Source: Micavibrio sp.
Lineage (GTDB): Bacteria; Pseudomonadota; Alphaproteobacteria; Micavibrionales; Micavibrionaceae
Reading direction: 5' to 3'
NCBI GenBank assembly: GCA_002708415.1
Contig: PANS01000027.1
Coordinates: forward strand, 1-56,420
Length of the DNA: 56,420 nucleotides
Part shown: piece by piece, positions 46,875 to 56,155 of the stretch
How positions within the stretch are numbered: the first letter of the stretch is position 1
Layout: every line of letters begins with the position of its first letter
Notes under the pieces: generated by a model
Database searches by the model: none
Told to the model about the DNA's origin: nothing
Seen by the model: the letters and a program-made list of their open reading frames with translations, nothing else
Position numbers and translations under genes: made by a program

Positions 46875-47563
46875 GCACTACCCTTCCCACTATTTTTTGC
46901 GCCATTGATACACCTGATATTGATCATGCCAAAAACCTGATTAACCAAATTGTTCCTGCAGGGTGCGGTGTGAAACTCGGCCTGGAGTTTTTTAATAGCT
47001 TTGGCCCAGATGGCATTCAAGACATCATTGATTCATGTAATAATCCGCCAATATTTCTCGACCTTAAATATTACGATATTCCAAACACTGTTGCTGGTGC
47101 AGTTCGCGCTGCATCAAAGCTTGGTGTTGCCTACTTAAATGTCCATGCGTCTGGCGGCTTGGATATGATGAAGGCCGCAAAAGACGCATGCGCGGGCGAT
47201 ACAAAACTTCTCGCTGTGACAATCCTCACAAGTTTTGACGAGCCTTCTATACAAGCCGCAGGCTACCAAGCAGGCATCCAAGATCGTGTTGTTCAGCTCG
47301 CTACGCTTACACAAGAAGCGGGCCTCAATGGTATCGTTTGTTCTTCACATGAAATTGAAGCAATACGTATGGCATGTGGCAACAATTTCGTGCTTATGGT
47401 TCCGGGTATTCGCCCCGCAGGATCAAGTGCCGATGATCAAAAGCGCATCATGACGCCAAAAGAGGCTATAGACAAGGGCGCCACGCACCTTGTTATTGGC
47501 CGCCCCATCACCAAAGCCGATAACCCCGCGCAGGCGGCTAAAGACATTATTCAAACGCTGTGA
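46871..47563 (+). CDS. pyrF: Orotidine-5'-phosphate decarboxylase
   Basis: Blocks present are A.D......A........G.KLG.EFF, FLDLKYYDIPNTV and LVIGRPIT. Confidence 0.92.
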   Translation: MSTTLPTIFCAIDTPDIDHAKNLINQIVPAGCGVKLGLEFFNSFGPDGIQDIIDSCNNPPIFLDLKYYDIPNTVAGAVRAASKLGVAYLNVHASGGLDMMKAAKDACAGDTKLLAVTILTSFDEPSIQAAGYQAGIQDRVVQLATLTQEAGLNGIVCSSHEIEAIRMACGNNFVLMVPGIRPAGSSADDQKRIMTPKEAIDKGATHLVIGRPITKADNPAQAAKDIIQTL

Positions 47564-48159
47564 TGAAACTTCCAAATTCTATAATTACCGAACGTCTTAT
47601 ATTAAAGCCAGTATCAATCAATGATATTGATTTATTCTATAAGGCCTTTAAAAGTTCCTTTGAAAACCTAACGCAATATTACATTCCCGCGTGGAGCCGA
47701 TATAAACAAATTCCTTCTAAAAATGAAATGTTAGAGTTTCTAAAAGAAAATCAAGATAAGTGGAACGCGCAAGATGGGTTTTTATTTTCCGTTTTTGATA
47801 AAAAGACAAATGAATTTATCGGCCAAGGAGAAATTCATCACTTTGATCATTCCGTTCCAAAAGCACGTTTAGGCTATTGGATAACAAACGGCAAAACAGG
47901 TAACGACTATGCAACAGAAATGGCTCACGCTTTAACATTATTTGGCTTTGATGTTCTAAACTGTAATAGACTAGAAATTCGTAACGATGTTCGTAACCCC
48001 GCGAGTGGAGCAATCGCTAAAAAGTTAGGCTATAAATTTTTAGCGATATTTGAAAAAAATAAAGTGGGTAAGCCTAACGATTTCTGGGATTTAGAAATTT
48101 ATGCGCGCACTAACAAAGAAGGCTTACCAGACAAAACTGTAGAGTTCTCTTATGACTAA
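47560..48159 (+). CDS. GNAT-family N-acetyltransferase (RimJ/RimL-like)
   Basis: The N-terminal ITERLILKP motif is typical of RimJ/L-like GNATs. The acetyl-CoA region has R.E.R.D..N..S..IAKKLGY. The start overlaps the pyrF stop as ATGA. Confidence 0.8.
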   Translation: MMKLPNSIITERLILKPVSINDIDLFYKAFKSSFENLTQYYIPAWSRYKQIPSKNEMLEFLKENQDKWNAQDGFLFSVFDKKTNEFIGQGEIHHFDHSVPKARLGYWITNGKTGNDYATEMAHALTLFGFDVLNCNRLEIRNDVRNPASGAIAKKLGYKFLAIFEKNKVGKPNDFWDLEIYARTNKEGLPDKTVEFSYD

Positions 48160-48793
48160 AATCAAAATATGCGGTCTTTCAACGCCTGAAAGCGTGACAA
48201 CAGCAATCGAAAACGGTGCTAGTCATATTGGTCTTGTTTTTTATCCAAAATCACCCCGTAACGTGACAATCGAAACAGCCGCCTATTTGGCAAACTTTGT
48301 TCCTGATACAGTCACAACTGTCGGCCTCTTCGTTAACCCTAGTAATGATCTTCTCCACCAAGTGCTCAATACCGTCAAACTTGACATGATTCAGCTCCAC
48401 GGCGATGAGAGCAGCGCGCGCGTAGAAGAAATTAAAGAAACTTTCAAACTTCCTCTCATGAAAGCACTTCCCGTGGCTTTAAAAGACGATTTGAACCTTT
48501 GCGACACATACACACCGTATGTTGACTACTTTCTCTTCGATGCCAAGCCTGACCCTAGCCTTTCTGAACTACCTGGTGGTAACGGTCTGGCCTTTGATTG
48601 GACGATATTAGAAGGCTTTAAACCCCCTAAACCCTACTTTCTTGCTGGTGGATTAACGTCTGATAACGTGGCAACAGCTATAAATAAGCTCGCGCCCTAT
48701 GGCGTAGATGTATCCAGCGGCATTGAAAGCAGCGCTGGCGTTAAAGATAGTCGTAAAATTGCCTCTTTTCTTAAAGCCTCAAAAAGTGCATAA
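48152..48793 (+). CDS. trpF: Phosphoribosylanthranilate isomerase
   Basis: Blocks present are KICG, IGLVFYPKSPR, VGLFVN, IQLHGDE, FLFDAK..GGNG..FDW and LAGGL...NV. Confidence 0.9.
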   Translation: MTKIKICGLSTPESVTTAIENGASHIGLVFYPKSPRNVTIETAAYLANFVPDTVTTVGLFVNPSNDLLHQVLNTVKLDMIQLHGDESSARVEEIKETFKLPLMKALPVALKDDLNLCDTYTPYVDYFLFDAKPDPSLSELPGGNGLAFDWTILEGFKPPKPYFLAGGLTSDNVATAINKLAPYGVDVSSGIESSAGVKDSRKIASFLKASKSA

Positions 48794-48815
48794 CATTCTC
48801 ATTAAGAGGATATAA

Positions 48816-50051
48816 ATGACAAATATAGCGCAACAACAAGAAACTAATTTAAACAGCTTCACCAACGGTCCTGATGAAAACGGGCATTTTGGCATTTATG
48901 GTGGACGCTATTGCGCTGAAACGCTAATGCCGCTCATTCTCGACGTTGAAAAAGCATGGCATGATGCCCGTGATGATGACGCGTTCTGGGAAGAGTTTCA
49001 TGCTCTAGCCAAAGATTATATTGGTCGCCCTTCGCCGCTTTATTTTGCCAAAGCAACAACAGAGCATTTGGGTGGTGCAAAAGTTTATTTCAAACGAGAT
49101 GAGCTAAACCACACAGGGGCGCACAAAATCAATCACTGCCTTGGACAAATTCTTGTCGCCAAGCGTATGGGTAAAACACGCATTATTGCTGAAACGGGCG
49201 CAGGTCAGCATGGCGTGGCAACAGCAACAGTCTGCGCGCTCTTTGATATGCCTTGCACCGTATTCATGGGCGAAGAAGACGTACGCCGTCAAAGCCCGAA
49301 TGTTTTCCGCATGAAATTATTAGGCGCGGAAGTTGTGCCCGTGACTTCAGGATCAGGCACGCTCAAAGATGCCATGAACGAGGCGCTTCGCCATTGGGTT
49401 GCAAACGTTGAGGACACCTACTACATCATCGGCACAGTGGCTGGCCCGCATCCTTATCCTGAAATGGTACGTGATTTCCAATCGGTAATCGGTAAGGAAA
49501 CTAAAGAACAATTAAATGAAAAAGAAGGCGTTCTTCCAGACAGTCTCGTTGCCTGTATTGGCGGCGGCTCCAATGCAATGGGACTTTTTCATCCGTTCTT
49601 AAATAACCCTAGCGTACAGATGTTTGGTGTTGAAGCGGGCGGTCATGGCGTTGATACAGACAAACACGCGGCGAGCTTAACAGGCGGAAGCCCTGGTATC
49701 CTCCACGGCATGCGTTCTTATTTTCTACAAAACGAGGACGGACAAATTACCGAAGCGCACTCAATCTCTGCTGGTCTTGATTACCCTGGCATTGGCCCAG
49801 AGCACGCTTACTTGCATGATATTGATCGGGTGAACTATGTCTCCGTTACCGATGATGAAGCGCTAGAAGCCTTTAAGCTTTTATCAAAACTCGAAGGTAT
49901 AATTCCAGCGCTTGAGCCCTCACACGCGTTCGCGCATGTCATTAAAATGGCGCCAGATTTACCCAAAGATCACATTATTGTTATGAATCTTTGTGGGCGC
50001 GGTGACAAAGACATCTTCACGGTTGCCGAAAAATTAGGGATTGAGATTTAA
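48816..50051 (+). CDS. trpB: Tryptophan synthase beta chain
   Basis: The PLP-Lys block [15 protein letters not shown] is present, along with [10 protein letters not shown] and GGGSNAMG. Confidence 0.96.
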   Translation: MTNIAQQQETNLNSFTNGPDENGHFGIYGGRYCAETLMPLILDVEKAWHDARDDDAFWEEFHALAKDYIGRPSPLYFAKATTEHLGGAKVYFKRDELNHTGAHKINHCLGQILVAKRMGKTRIIAETGAGQHGVATATVCALFDMPCTVFMGEEDVRRQSPNVFRMKLLGAEVVPVTSGSGTLKDAMNEALRHWVANVEDTYYIIGTVAGPHPYPEMVRDFQSVIGKETKEQLNEKEGVLPDSLVACIGGGSNAMGLFHPFLNNPSVQMFGVEAGGHGVDTDKHAASLTGGSPGILHGMRSYFLQNEDGQITEAHSISAGLDYPGIGPEHAYLHDIDRVNYVSVTDDEALEAFKLLSKLEGIIPALEPSHAFAHVIKMAPDLPKDHIIVMNLCGRGDKDIFTVAEKLGIEI

Positions 50052-50845
50052 TGAAACGCATAGAAAAAACATTTGCTAAATTAAAATCTAACGATAAAAA
50101 AGGCCTTGTGACTTTTATTACCGCGGGCGACCCTAGCCTTGAACAAAGCGCCACTATTCTAAACGCCCTGCCACAATCAGGCGCAGACTTTATTGAAATC
50201 GGCATGCCGTTTACGGATCCTATGGCTGATGGCCCTGCAATCCAAGATAGCTCTTTACGCGCCCTTGCAAATGGCATGAGCCTTAAAGGCGTCATTAAGA
50301 TGGTTGCAGAATTTCGCGAAAGCAACCAAGACACGCCAATTATATTGATGGGCTATTTCAACCCAATATATACGTACGGCACAGAAGACTTTGTTAATGA
50401 CGCCGCAGACGCTGGCGCCGATGGACTTATCATCGTTGATCTGCCCCCTGAAGAAGATGCCGAGCTACGCGTGCCAGCAACAAAAGCTGGCCTGGATTTC
50501 ATTAAATTACTCACGCCAACAACAAAAGGCGCACGCCTAGATACAGTATTACAGAACGCGAGCGGCTTTCTCTATTATGTCTCTATTGCTGGTGTCACAG
50601 GGACAAAATCGGCGAACATCGACGAAGTTGGCGCACATATCAAAGACATTAAAGCTAAAACTGATCTTCCCGTTGCCGTTGGCTTTGGTATTAAAACACC
50701 TGAAGACGCCGCAAATATGAGCAAAATCGCCGATGCCGTTGTTGTCGGTTCATCGATTGTGCAAAACATGCAAGACAATCAAAAAGACAGTAATTTGCCA
50801 ACGATCATCGAAAACCAAGTGTCAGCCCTTAAAAAAGCAATTTAA
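50051..50845 (+). CDS. trpA: Tryptophan synthase alpha chain
   Basis: Blocks present are ITAGDP, IEIGMPFTDPMADGP.IQ, MGYFNP, DGLIIVDLPPEE and GFGI. The start shares one nt with the trpB stop. Confidence 0.94.
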   Translation: MKRIEKTFAKLKSNDKKGLVTFITAGDPSLEQSATILNALPQSGADFIEIGMPFTDPMADGPAIQDSSLRALANGMSLKGVIKMVAEFRESNQDTPIILMGYFNPIYTYGTEDFVNDAADAGADGLIIVDLPPEEDAELRVPATKAGLDFIKLLTPTTKGARLDTVLQNASGFLYYVSIAGVTGTKSANIDEVGAHIKDIKAKTDLPVAVGFGIKTPEDAANMSKIADAVVVGSSIVQNMQDNQKDSNLPTIIENQVSALKKAI

Positions 50846-51162
50846 ACAGCCCTAAAATACGCACAAAGTTCTTTATTTGTTCTCATTTTTACTGTACGCT
50901 TTTGGCATGATTTTGAACAAAAAAGACGCAAAAAACACCTCCGCCCCACCTTTTTTGACAAACAAACTGGGTTGGGTAAAAATACTATATAAATCAATAA
51001 CTTACTTAAGTGTACGTCTTTTTAAAGCAGGATTTTACCTTGTTAAATTATACCAACCACTTCCTTCTACTCTTTCCTCACAAGCTCAAAACGATCTAAA
51101 GTCTTTGCTTTTTGAAGGCTTTTTGCGTAAAAAAGGCTCAACATTTTAAATGAGGTACAATT

Positions 51163-52218
51163 ATGAACTGGTTAAGTAACGTTATTCGTCCACGCATTCG
51201 CTCCCTCACAGGAGAACAAAAAGATGTTCCGGATAATTTATGGTCAAAATGCCCAAAATGCGACGGCATGCTCTTTCATAAAGAACTAAAAGCCAGCACA
51301 AATGTTTGTTACCACTGCCACCACCACATGGCTCTACCCGTACATGATCGCCTCGAGCTTTTATTTGATGGCGGCAAGTTCGATAAAATTGACCTTCCAA
51401 AAGTACCTCATGATCCTTTAAAATTTAAAGATCAAAAAAAATATGTTGAGCGCCTCAAGGCCTCACAGACAAAAACCAAAGAACAAGATGCCCTTATGAT
51501 TGCCAAAGGAACGATTGGCGGACAAAATACTGTCATTGCGGCTTTTAACTTTGCCTTTATGGGCGGATCAATGGGAACAGCTGTTGGTGAAGGAATTGTT
51601 CGCGCAGCAAAAGAGGCTATCGATACAAAATCTGCCCTAATCATTATTCCATCATCAGGCGGCGCGCGTATGCAAGAAGGCATGCTTTCACTCATGCAAA
51701 TGCCACGCACGATCATTGCTGTTGATATGGTGAAAGAACAAAGCCTGCCTTATATCGTCCTTCTCACGAACCCGACAACGGGCGGCGTTAGCGCCTCTTT
51801 TGCGATGGTTGGTGATATTCATATCGCAGAGCCAGGCGCAACGATTGGTTTTGCTGGTCGCCGTGTTATTGAAGAAACTGTGCGTGAAACACTCCCTGAT
51901 GATTTCCAAACGGCTGAATATTTATTAGATCATGGCATGGTTGATATGGTTGTAGCGCGTGATGAACTCTCTTCTAAAATCGGTACTGTCTTAAATCTTT
52001 TGATGAATACATCAACAAATGGTGGTTCTTCTAAAGGTAAAAAAACGAATGGTTCTTCTTCTGATACCAAGCGCAAAAAAGGTAAAACGAAGTCTAAAAC
52101 ATCAGGGACTAAAGCGAGCGTAAAAAAAGCATCTGATGTTAAAAAAGCACCAGCAAACGCGACCAAAACTGAGCCAACTAAAATCGCGAAAACCAAAAGT
52201 GCAAAAGCTGCACAATAA
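51163..52218 (+). CDS. accD: Acetyl-CoA carboxylase carboxyltransferase beta subunit with a Lys-rich C-terminal extension
   Basis: It has the N-terminal C4 zinc finger (CPKCDGML...CYHCHHH), the carboxyltransferase core (FMGGSMG, SGGARMQEG) and a roughly 70-aa K/S/T/A-rich tail. Confidence 0.93.
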   Translation: MNWLSNVIRPRIRSLTGEQKDVPDNLWSKCPKCDGMLFHKELKASTNVCYHCHHHMALPVHDRLELLFDGGKFDKIDLPKVPHDPLKFKDQKKYVERLKASQTKTKEQDALMIAKGTIGGQNTVIAAFNFAFMGGSMGTAVGEGIVRAAKEAIDTKSALIIIPSSGGARMQEGMLSLMQMPRTIIAVDMVKEQSLPYIVLLTNPTTGGVSASFAMVGDIHIAEPGATIGFAGRRVIEETVRETLPDDFQTAEYLLDHGMVDMVVARDELSSKIGTVLNLLMNTSTNGGSSKGKKTNGSSSDTKRKKGKTKSKTSGTKASVKKASDVKKAPANATKTEPTKIAKTKSAKAAQ

Positions 52219-53560
52219 AAGTGATAATCCAGCGGTAGAAAAACAGCTGGATGAAATCCTTGAAAAGCTTTACAGCTTTTATTCTCAAGAAATAGATATG
52301 TCGTTGGAGCGCGTTGAGCGCTTCTTACATCAACTCGGTAATCCACATTTAAATTTACCACCTGTTGTTCACGTTGCTGGAACAAACGGTAAAGGCTCAA
52401 CGATTGCAATGCTGCGTAGTCTATTGGAAGCAAGCGGTAAAAGCGTTCACGTCATGACATCACCGCATCTTGTGCATCCAACAGAACGCATCAGATTAGC
52501 TGGAAATCTCATTACATCCGAATACCTCATTGAGTTATTAGAAGAATGTTTAGCCGTTAATCGTTCAGAACCCATTACTTTCTTTGAGATGTTTACAGCC
52601 GCAACCTATTTGGCTTTTTCTCGCGTACAAGCTGATATATGCCTACTCGAAACAGGAATGGGCGGTCGGCTTGATGCAACCAATGTTGTGCCTAATCCGA
52701 TTTGCACCATTATCACAACAATCTCAAAAGACCATGAAAAGTTTCTTGGTGATACGCTTGAAAAAATCGCGTTTGAAAAAGGCGGTATCATGAAATCTGG
52801 CGTTCCTTGCGTCATTGGCTACCAAACTGGCGCAGCGCAAAAAGCCAACATAGATAAAGTTTTCCAAGATATATCCAATAGTTTACCCACAAACGCACCG
52901 TTAATCAGATATGGTCATGAATGGAGCATTGAGCCTCAAAATGACCAAATGCATTACACCTCGGCAGATCATGATTTGCTCCTTAAGCGCCCTAATTTAC
53001 TAGGCATTCATCAAATCTATAATGCTGGCGCAGCGATAGCCGCATATAATATCATTCTTGAACATTTAGACGACGCAAACGAACTCTTCCCTGATAAACT
53101 GAATAAAGCGCTGGGAACAATTCAATGGCCTGGAAGGCTTCAACACATCACAAATGGATCGTTTTGCGCGTCATTGCCTAAAGGTTGGGAACTTTATCTT
53201 GATGGCGGTCATAATGATAGCGCGGGCGTATTTTTGGCCGAGCAAGGCCGTAAGTGGCAAGAACAAGATAATAAACCGTTACATCTTATTGTCGCTATGG
53301 TCGATCGAAAAAATCCAAAAGCCTTCCTAAAACCACTTTTACCCTATACATCCTCAATCACACTCATGGAGATCACAGGAGAAGAAACAAGTTTTAATAT
53401 AAATACGTTGAAAGACACTGCACTTAAGATGGGATTTAAAGACGTAAACATTGCAGAAAACTATGCCAGTGCCCTTAAAGAAATCACTCAAAAAGCAAAT
53501 ACAGGCCGTATTCTCACCACAGGATCACTCTATTTTTTAGGAAATATTTTATCAGGTTAA
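52199..53560 (+). CDS. folC: Folylpolyglutamate synthase / dihydrofolate synthase
   Basis: It has the P-loop VAGTNGKGST, ETGMGGRLDATN and the Mur-ligase layout. The start is uncertain. GTG at 52199 gives a normal N-terminal length. The listed ATG at 52136 adds 21 Lys-rich residues read out of frame from the accD tail. Confidence 0.85.
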   Translation: MQKLHNKSDNPAVEKQLDEILEKLYSFYSQEIDMSLERVERFLHQLGNPHLNLPPVVHVAGTNGKGSTIAMLRSLLEASGKSVHVMTSPHLVHPTERIRLAGNLITSEYLIELLEECLAVNRSEPITFFEMFTAATYLAFSRVQADICLLETGMGGRLDATNVVPNPICTIITTISKDHEKFLGDTLEKIAFEKGGIMKSGVPCVIGYQTGAAQKANIDKVFQDISNSLPTNAPLIRYGHEWSIEPQNDQMHYTSADHDLLLKRPNLLGIHQIYNAGAAIAAYNIILEHLDDANELFPDKLNKALGTIQWPGRLQHITNGSFCASLPKGWELYLDGGHNDSAGVFLAEQGRKWQEQDNKPLHLIVAMVDRKNPKAFLKPLLPYTSSITLMEITGEETSFNINTLKDTALKMGFKDVNIAENYASALKEITQKANTGRILTTGSLYFLGNILSG

Positions 53561-53715
53561 GTTCATTAACGCGTTAAATACCTTGATCCTGCCGCAATTA
53601 CGCCTTGAAACTGCACTTTTTAAGGTCTTTAATACCTATTAGTTAAAAGACATGCACCTTTTATAAAGGGTGAGATCGCAGTTGCGATCTTTATAATAAA
53701 GATTAAGGAAAAAAT

Positions 53716-54417
53716 ATGTCTCAAAATATCGCACTCGTTGATGATGATCGCAATATCACCACATCTGTTTCTATGTCATTAGAAGCGGAAGGATATAACG
53801 TCAAAACATATAATGACGGTGAAGAAGGCCTTGCGGGCATTCAATCAGATACACCTGATCTTGTGGTTTTAGACATTAAAATGCCACGCATGGATGGTAT
53901 GGAAGTTTTAACCAAGTTCCGCGAAGAATCATCTATTCCTGTTATATTTCTAACCTCTAAAGATGATGAGGTTGATGAGGTTATTGGGCTTCGTATGGGC
54001 GCAGATGATTACATCACAAAGCCTTTCTCTCAACGCTTACTTATTGAGCGCATACGTGCGCTTTTACGCCGTCAGGAGCTTCAAAAAGCACCTCAAGACA
54101 GCAAAAACGAAGAAGATGTTGTAGAGCGTGGTGATTTAACCTTGGATGATTCACGTCACCTATGTAGTTGGAAAAAACAGCCTATCAATCTAACAGTAAC
54201 GGAATATTTGCTTGTTAAGGCTCTTGCGATGCGCCCAGGCCATGTTAAAAACAGAGATAAGTTGATTGATTTAGCATATGGTGAGAATATCTATGTGGAT
54301 GATCGAACAATTGATTCGCATATCAAGCGGGTCAGAAAGAAATTCAAGAAAATTGACCCAGAATTCGACCAAATCGAAACACTTTACGGTATCGGATATC
54401 GCTACAAAGAGTCGTAA
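53716..54417 (+). CDS. chvI: OmpR-family response regulator, ChvI/BvrR type
   Basis: Blocks match ChvI/BvrR orthologs closely: [64 protein letters not shown] and ETLYG.GYR. Confidence 0.85.
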   Translation: MSQNIALVDDDRNITTSVSMSLEAEGYNVKTYNDGEEGLAGIQSDTPDLVVLDIKMPRMDGMEVLTKFREESSIPVIFLTSKDDEVDEVIGLRMGADDYITKPFSQRLLIERIRALLRRQELQKAPQDSKNEEDVVERGDLTLDDSRHLCSWKKQPINLTVTEYLLVKALAMRPGHVKNRDKLIDLAYGENIYVDDRTIDSHIKRVRKKFKKIDPEFDQIETLYGIGYRYKES

Positions 54418-54517
54418 GTTTTTTCCGCTTTTTAGACGGATAGAAAACACGTCAAATCATAAAGCGTCTCGATATAATAAAAACATAGAAGAACGGTGGA
54501 GCGCCTCATCAGAAAAA

Positions 54518-56155
54518 GTGAGCTCTCTTACCGTTCGGATTATGTCAGTAAACATCATCGCCATCATGATTTTAGGTGTCGGTATTCTCTATCTTGGGCA
54601 ATACACAGACAGCCTTATTGAAGCAGAGTTAGAATCTATGCGCTCTGAAGCGCGCCTATTTTCTGGAGCGCTATCTGAAGGCTCTGTCCGACCTGTCTTT
54701 CAGATATCTCCCATTCCTTTTGAAGACCCGTTAGAAATTGAAGCGATTAAACCAGAGCTTGCTCGTAAAATGATCAGGCGTCTTGGTGCAATCGGAGAAA
54801 GCCGTATTCAACTTTTTGGCGTTGATGGTGAAACTCTCGCCGACTCTCATATTTTAGCTGGCGCTGGCGGTACAGGAAGCATGGTTCACATGGAGCGCTT
54901 AGGGCCTACATCATCGTTAAGTTTAAACACCCTCTTTGCACAATCGGCCACACGCTTCCTTGATCTTATTCCAATGCAAACCAATCTTTCGATTTTACCC
55001 AAAGAAGCATTAGACGATATTTTTGCATTCCCCGACACAAAAGAAGCCTTAGTCGGTAATATCGCCACGCACGCATGGGAGCATAATGGTCAAATCGTCC
55101 TTACTGCGGCAGCTCCTATTCAAAAAGTAAAACAGGTGTTAGGCGTTGTTCTACTAACACGCGATGGCAAAGCGCTCGAACAAAAAATTGCTGATATTCG
55201 CGTTGATGTATTTCGTGTTTTCCTAGGGGCTTTAGGCATTACCGTCATGCTTTCCATTTATTTATCAGGAATCATTGGTAAGCCATTACAAAGATTAGCT
55301 CTCGCTGCGGAAGCTGTGCGCGTTGGTAAATCCAGCCATGTTGACATCCCAGATATGAGTAAGCGCGGCGATGAAATTGGCGAACTATCTCTTGTTCTAC
55401 GTGATATGACCAAAGCTCTTCACGATCGTATGGATACTATTGAGCGTTTTGCTGCAGATGTTTCGCATGAAATTAAAAATCCATTGACCTCCTTACGTAG
55501 CGCCGTTGAAACAGCCTCACGTATTAAAGATGAAGAAAAACGTCAAAAGCTCATGGATGTTATTCATCACGACGTACAGCGCCTTGATCGTCTCATTAGT
55601 GATATTTCCAGTGCCTCTAGATTAGATGCTGAGCTCTCACGTGATGAAATGGAAACAGTCGATTTAAAAGCACTCATGCTTCGCTTGCAGGATGCTTACA
55701 AAAAACCAATGCGTCGCGCTCAAGAAAGCGAAAGCGACGATGATTTTGAAAATACCGCCATTGAACTATCATTTCCCGATGACCAAAATTTCTTTATTGC
55801 CGGCAATGAAGAACGGCTTTCCCAAGTCTTTGGTAATATCATTAGCAACGCGCTTTCTTTCTCTCCTGCCGGTGAGAAAGTAAAAATATCTGCGGAAAAA
55901 CAAAATGATTCCATTCTCATAAAAATAGAAGATAAAGGAATCGGTATCCCAGAAAATAAAATAAAAACTATTTTTGATCGTTTCTATACAGAACGCCCTG
56001 GCCATGAAACATATGGCTCTCACTCTGGTCTTGGCCTATCTATTTCTAAACAAATTATTGATGCTCATAATGGTAAAGTGTGGGCGGAAAATATTTTAAG
56101 TAAGAACGGAAAAATACAAGGCGCGCGCTTTATAGTAAAGTTAGCAAGCATATGA
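54518..56155 (+). CDS. chvG: Sensor histidine kinase, ChvG/BvrS type (start uncertain)
   Basis: TM1 (IIAIMILGVGILYLGQY) follows an SSLTVRI segment like SPLTRRI of ChvG orthologs. It has a periplasmic domain, TM2 plus HAMP, the H-box FAADVSHEIKNPLTS, and N and G boxes. No ATG lies between the chvI stop and TM1. GTG at 54518 is the nearest candidate, and the open frame extends back to 54278. Confidence 0.8.
   Translation: MSSLTVRIMSVNIIAIMILGVGILYLGQYTDSLIEAELESMRSEARLFSGALSEGSVRPVFQISPIPFEDPLEIEAIKPELARKMIRRLGAIGESRIQLFGVDGETLADSHILAGAGGTGSMVHMERLGPTSSLSLNTLFAQSATRFLDLIPMQTNLSILPKEALDDIFAFPDTKEALVGNIATHAWEHNGQIVLTAAAPIQKVKQVLGVVLLTRDGKALEQKIADIRVDVFRVFLGALGITVMLSIYLSGIIGKPLQRLALAAEAVRVGKSSHVDIPDMSKRGDEIGELSLVLRDMTKALHDRMDTIERFAADVSHEIKNPLTSLRSAVETASRIKDEEKRQKLMDVIHHDVQRLDRLISDISSASRLDAELSRDEMETVDLKALMLRLQDAYKKPMRRAQESESDDDFENTAIELSFPDDQNFFIAGNEERLSQVFGNIISNALSFSPAGEKVKISAEKQNDSILIKIEDKGIGIPENKIKTIFDRFYTERPGHETYGSHSGLGLSISKQIIDAHNGKVWAENILSKNGKIQGARFIVKLASI

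Noticed and set aside
50877-51149. A 90-aa ORF with a TTG start filling the trpA-accD spacer
   Set aside because: It has a non-ATG start and no RBS, and the sequence is low-information (MFSFLLYAFGMILNKK...). It reads like translated AT-rich intergenic DNA. I treated it as non-coding and reported the spacer itself as a finding.
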